Under the pieces are notes generated by a model. It did not search any database. It was not told the DNA's origin and worked only from the letters and a program-made list of their open reading frames with translations. DNA of 64,000 nucleotides from Hormiphora californensis (taxonomy: Eukaryota; Animalia; Ctenophora): contig CM035355.1 of assembly GCA_020137815.1 (NCBI GenBank), positions 3,782,001-3,846,000 of the forward strand, in the 5' to 3' direction. Position numbers and translations under genes: made by a program. Positions 59,303-64,000 of this stretch are shown piece by piece. Positions within the stretch are counted from its first letter, which is position 1. Every line of letters starts with the position of its first letter.

Positions 59303-62300
59303 TTTCTCTCTCTCTCTCTCTATCTCTATCTCTCTCTCTTTCTCTCTCTATCTCTTTCTATCTCTCTCTATCTCTATCTTTATCCTTATTACTCAAACTG
59401 GGCATTAGGTGACATTCAATAATTTCATTTAAGTAAGAAGTGTCAAGATCCGTTTTATCATTGACCCGCTAAATAGGCTTCTAGATACTACATACAAAAA
59501 CGACAACCCCAACTAACTCTAAATCCAATTAATAACTAATTAATTAACTCCCCAAATCTCCCAGGATGTTCCGAAAGGACTCTCCCTTCAAGTACACCAG
59601 TGAGGGAGTCTACGGTAACTTGGATGATATGCACATCAAGATCGAGGAAATGGAGGTTCGTACTAGAAATTTGCTATGTTCTAACCCACCCTTTAGATAC
59701 AGTCTAGCCAGGCAACTAGAAATATAGGGAAGTGTTTAAACAACTATGTAGTCATAAACCTAAACCTAATCCCCTTGATTTAGATAGTTTAAAGTGAATC
59801 GTATCCTGTACGTCATGATTTAACCCCCATCCTCCTCAGGTTGAGATGAAGGTCCTAGCTGACAGTGCCTCGCTGTTCGAGGTGAACGTCCCTGAATTCA
59901 AACAGCTGAAACAATGCCGAAAGGAGGTGAAACTACTCAAGACATGTTGGGACATGACAGAGTTGGTAAACAGCTGCTTCGATGATTGGAAGACAACGTT
60001 GTGGAATCAAATTGATGTGGAAAGTATGGAGGTGGAGTGCAAGAAGTTTGTCAAAGAAATCCGAGGAATGGACAAGGAGATGAGGGCTTGGGATGTCTAT
60101 AGGTAAGGAGATGAGGGCTTGGGATGTCTATAGGTAAGGAGATGAGGGCTTGGGATGTCTATAGGTAAGGAGATGAGGGCTTGTGATGTCTATAGGTAAG
60201 GAGATGAGGGCTTGGGATGTCTATAGGTAAGGAGATGAGGGCTTGGGATGTCTATAGGTAAGGAGATGAGGGCTTGGGATGTCTATAGGTAAGAAGATGA
60301 GGGCTTGGGATGTCTATAGGTAAGGAGATAAGGGCTTGGGATGTCTATAGGTAAGGAGATGAGGGCTTGGGATGTCTATAGGTAAGGAGATGAGGGCTTG
60401 GGATGTCTACAGGTAAGGAGATGAGGGCTTGGGATGTCTATAGGTAAGGAGATGAGGGGACTGGGGGTTGTTACGTTCTAACCCTCCTCCGCGGTGAGAG
60501 AGAGAGGGTCGAGCAAGGCAAGTTGAGAATATGGGTTGCCTGCATGATATAATGGTGCCTTTATCATTATGGGTAAGCTGGGAGGCTCATTGTATCGGAA
60601 AGCTGGGGCCTGTACTGAGACCTTTGAGTCAAAGCACTTTGTACAAAGCCCAGTTGAAAGGGTTTTTATGAAGTACGTCAAGGAATGACCAATCAAGCCA
60701 GGAAAGGAGTTAAACCTGCAAAACATTTAAATATTTAATTCATATTTTAAATTCTCCTCCCCCTATAATAATAGTGGCCTCGAGAGTGACGTTAAGAACA
60801 TGGTGACCTCACTCCGAGCCGTTACTGAACTGCAGAACCCTGCCATCCGAGAACGGCACTGGATTCAACTTATGCAGACCACTAAGGTAAATTGAGATTG
60901 ATCTACCTAACCGTTATAAAATAAAATAACTGTGAGCCACACAAAATTGAGAGGAAATGATATTTTCCCATTAATCGATATCAGATTGTGACAGTTTATT
61001 GTGAAAGTTTCCCCCTTTCCGATTGGCCAATTGGGACATGTTCACCCACAACGGAAAACATGCCTCCCCCGATCGAAATATCATGACATAATGGAAAATC
61101 ACCATACCTCAGGTACGATTTGTTATGGATGATACTACAACGCTGAACGATCTACTTGCCCTGAACCTCCACGAGTTTGAGGATGAGGTGAGAGGTATTG
61201 TGGACAAGGCAACCAAGGAATTGAACATGGAGAAGGTGAGAGGTTTTGCCTAGCTAGACCGGAGACCCTCTTTCGCTGGCTCCGTGGGGTTTGGGAGAAT
61301 TCGGGGTTACGAAATAACCCCTCTAAAGACCTGAAAAGGGAGGGGTTACTTCGTTACCAAGGAGAATTCAGGGTTGAGAATCTCGAGATGCTGCGCTTAT
61401 GAGTAACAGTAGCTAGATAAAGATCCCCGCTCTCTGTATCAACTCATTGCTCAATCTGAGGGACGTGCAACATGTCAATATCATGACTAGATTAGTTCTG
61501 AGAAAAATTTCGTAAAATCTCGTGATCATATTCTGAGCAAAATCTCAATCAATACTGTCATGACACATTTTGGCTAGTCAGACGATCCGACCTACTTGAC
61601 ATTTTATTATCCCCCATTCTGACACAAGTCTTTTTCATCACCAGGTACTGAAAGAGCTGGACGCTACATGGAGCGTGATGGAGTTCGAGCATGATGCCCA
61701 TCTGAGGACCAAGACACCTCTACTGCGAAGTAGCGAGGAACTTATTGAGACTCTCGAGGATAACCAGGTATGAGCACTGCTCATTGAGCAGTGACAAACA
61801 CACAAACAAACACACAAACAAACAGACAAACAAACAAACAAACAAACAGACAAGCAAACAACAAACGAAGTGGGTATAGTAAGGGTTTTGTGATGAGAAA
61901 ATCCCTGATTCAAATGTTTCCGTTACTAAAAACCAACAGCAAGAGTTTCACACCCTCTTTCCTCCAGGTGCAACTCCAGAATCTGATGACTAGCAAATAC
62001 ATTGCATACTTCTTGGAGGAGGTGTCCGCCTGGCAGACAAAGCTCTCCACCGCAGATTCTGTTATCCAGATCTGGTTTGAGGTGCAGCGAACATGGTCAC
62101 ATCTGGAGTCCATCTTCATCGGATCTGAAGATATCAGGAAACAACTTCCCGATGACTCCAAACGGTTCGATGGAATTGATAGTGACTTCAAGGATCTAAT
62201 GGAGGCTGCAGTGAAGACTCCTAATGTGGTAGAGGCCACCAACAAACCAGGACTATTTGCCAAACTGGAAGATCTCCAGGATAGGCTAGCTCTTTGTGAG

Positions 62301-63673
62301 AAAGCACTGGCTGAATATCTTGAGACGAAACGTCTCGCCTTCCCCCGGTTCTACTTTATCTCATCTGCTGATCTGTTGGATATCCTGTCAAAGGGAAACC
62401 AACCTCTTCTTGTGGCGAGGCATCTCTCCAAACTGTTCGATAATCTTCACCGACTGGAGTTCAGAAAAGTAGGTTTTAGTGGTGAACTTATTAAAAGCTT
62501 TTAACATGTTTTATAGACAATTAACACAAGAGCTCTACTAAATACTGAGCTAGTCATGTGATTGACTAGCCAGACAAAAACCTAACCTGCTAACCCCCTG
62601 CTAACAAAGACCTACATTCATAATTATTTGGCTGAGGTTCTTAAATAGCCCACAAACTAGTGTCCTAACCACCATCCCCCTCCTCCAGGAAGGTTCAGGT
62701 GAAAATGAAGAGGAAACTAAGGAAGCAATGGGAATGTACTCGGGAGAATCAGAGTATGTTGAGTTCAAGGAGTCTGTCTGGTGTACAGGACCCGTCGAGA
62801 ACTGGCTGAACAAGATAATGCACGAGAGTCAGCGGACTATCAACTCCCTCATTTCTGAGGGTGTTGTGACGTACGAGGAGAAGGCGAGAGAGGCCTGGCT
62901 GTTTGATTACCCCGCCCAGGTGGCTCTTGGAGGCAACCAGATTTGGTGGACCACTGAGGTAATAATTGTAGTGGCATGATGGGAGACATGATTTATATAT
63001 TGGGAGGATTATATGGGGTAAGAACCAAATAGACAACCAAACTTCGTATTAGCCACGTGAAATTAACCACTTGGCCCAATTAACCACTTGGTACAATTAA
63101 CCACATTCACACAACTAGGTTAAAATTGCCTTTGGTCGTCTGGAGGAGGGCTACGAGAATGCCCTGAAAGATTACAACAAGAAACAAGTCACCCAGTTGA
63201 TCACCCTGATTAACCTCCTTATTGGAGACCTGACCAAGAGTGATCGACAGAAGATTTGTACCATCTGTACCATTGATGTCCATAACAGGGATGTTGTGGC
63301 AAAGTTGATCGCGATGAAGGCAGAAAATGCCCAAGAGTTCGCCTGGCTCAGCCAGTTGAAACACAGGTACAGAACAGTTTCATAGATTTCACATGATGGG
63401 GACTACTACCCCATTTCAGACATATATTACAACTAATCGTGTGCAGTCAGCTTTCACTTTTATCGAAAAACAGATATATACCAGCACCCAAAAATAGTTT
63501 GAGAACACAATATGTCATTCTAATGTATCATTCAAATTAAAAACGCTCAACCCGCTCAGATGGGACGACAAAAAGAATATGTGCTTCGTGGACATCTGTG
63601 ATGCGGTGTTCACCTACAGCAATGAATACCTTGGAAACACGCCTCGTCTTGTCATTACCCCTCTAACTGACAG
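49654..63673 (+). CDS. Axonemal outer-arm dynein heavy chain, beta type (DNAH9/DNAH11/DNAH17-like); about 24 exons visible, continues beyond the window
   Basis: N-terminal tail ([30 protein letters not shown]), linker ([59 protein letters not shown]) and AAA1 start [17 protein letters not shown]. Confidence 0.96.
52831..53375. mobile_element. Palindromic Tourist/Harbinger-type MITE in a dynein intron
   Basis: Long TIRs gagcctttctagacgagacaaaatctcgtatgaggct / agcctcatacgagattttgtctcgtctagagaggctc, TTA on both flanks, internal ctcctatag repeats. Confidence 0.85.
53401..53472. repeat. (CTAAATCACA)7 tandem repeat immediately before a splice acceptor
   Basis: Direct tandem repeat. Confidence 0.95.
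55365..55470. repeat. (AG)n microsatellite (others at ~37480-37770, 38398-38462, 41370-41510, 59221-59385)
   Basis: Direct dinucleotide repeats. Confidence 0.95.
60074..60458 (+). repeat. 31-bp minisatellite, ~12.4 copies, made of a dynein exon end plus its 5' splice site
   Basis: Unit aaggagatgagggcttgggatgtctatag|gt. Confidence 0.97.
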
Positions 63674-63816
63674 GTAAGCTACAGCACGCCTAGTCTTGTT
63701 ATTACCCCGTGTCCGACAGGTAATGAACTTATATGGCTCAAACTGTATTTTATCTGCTCTGTGAGGGGTCTGCAGATCCATAATAAACTGGTCAGCTATA
63801 ATAGCTGCATGCCTCA

Positions 63817-63984
63817 ACTGCAGAACATATTCATTTTACTGTCTGTAAGTTACAGACAGTAAGATGAATATGTTCTGCAGTCGATCCCATCTTTAAATAT
63901 TCGATCCCATCTTTAAATATTCGACAGAGAGAGAAAGAGTTACAGTGTAACTCTTTCTCTCTCTCTGTCGAATATTTAAAGATG
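63817..63984. repeat. Two adjacent near-perfect hairpins in a dynein intron
   Basis: actgcagaacatattca..tgaatatgttctgcagt (63817-63881) and ccatctttaaatattcgacagag..ctctgtcgaatatttaaagatgg (~63907-63984). Confidence 0.85.
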
Positions 63985-64000
63985 GAGTATAATAATTGTG

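Overview
Gene-dense eukaryotic (animal) genomic DNA with short GT-AG introns; no prokaryotic systems are present. The compact layout, ciliary gene content and unpaired splice acceptors suggest a marine invertebrate, possibly a ctenophore (inference only). Left to right: histidyl-tRNA synthetase (-); a 5'-truncated LINE carrying a nested CRE-like retrotransposon, sitting in the head-to-head HARS/SDR promoter; seven tightly packed + strand genes (C-factor-like SDR, PLPBP, TAB1, DHRS7, CCDC78-like, MFSD1, adenylate kinase); an intronless CocE/NonD hydrolase (-); SLC35G-like transporter (-); a Harbinger-type element and a low-quality homopolymer-rich stretch; a 939-bp palindrome; a rhodopsin-class GPCR (-); and the 5' part of an axonemal outer-arm dynein heavy chain (+). 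Most notable: a TAB1 orthologue retaining the PP2C catalytic residues lost in the human pseudophosphatase; the nested LINE-in-LINE with an in-frame RT::endonuclease fusion; an operon-like cluster; two families of tiny TTG...CAA inverted-repeat elements with variable cores; and a 12-fold tandem array of a dynein splice donor. Exon boundaries were read by eye and are approximate.
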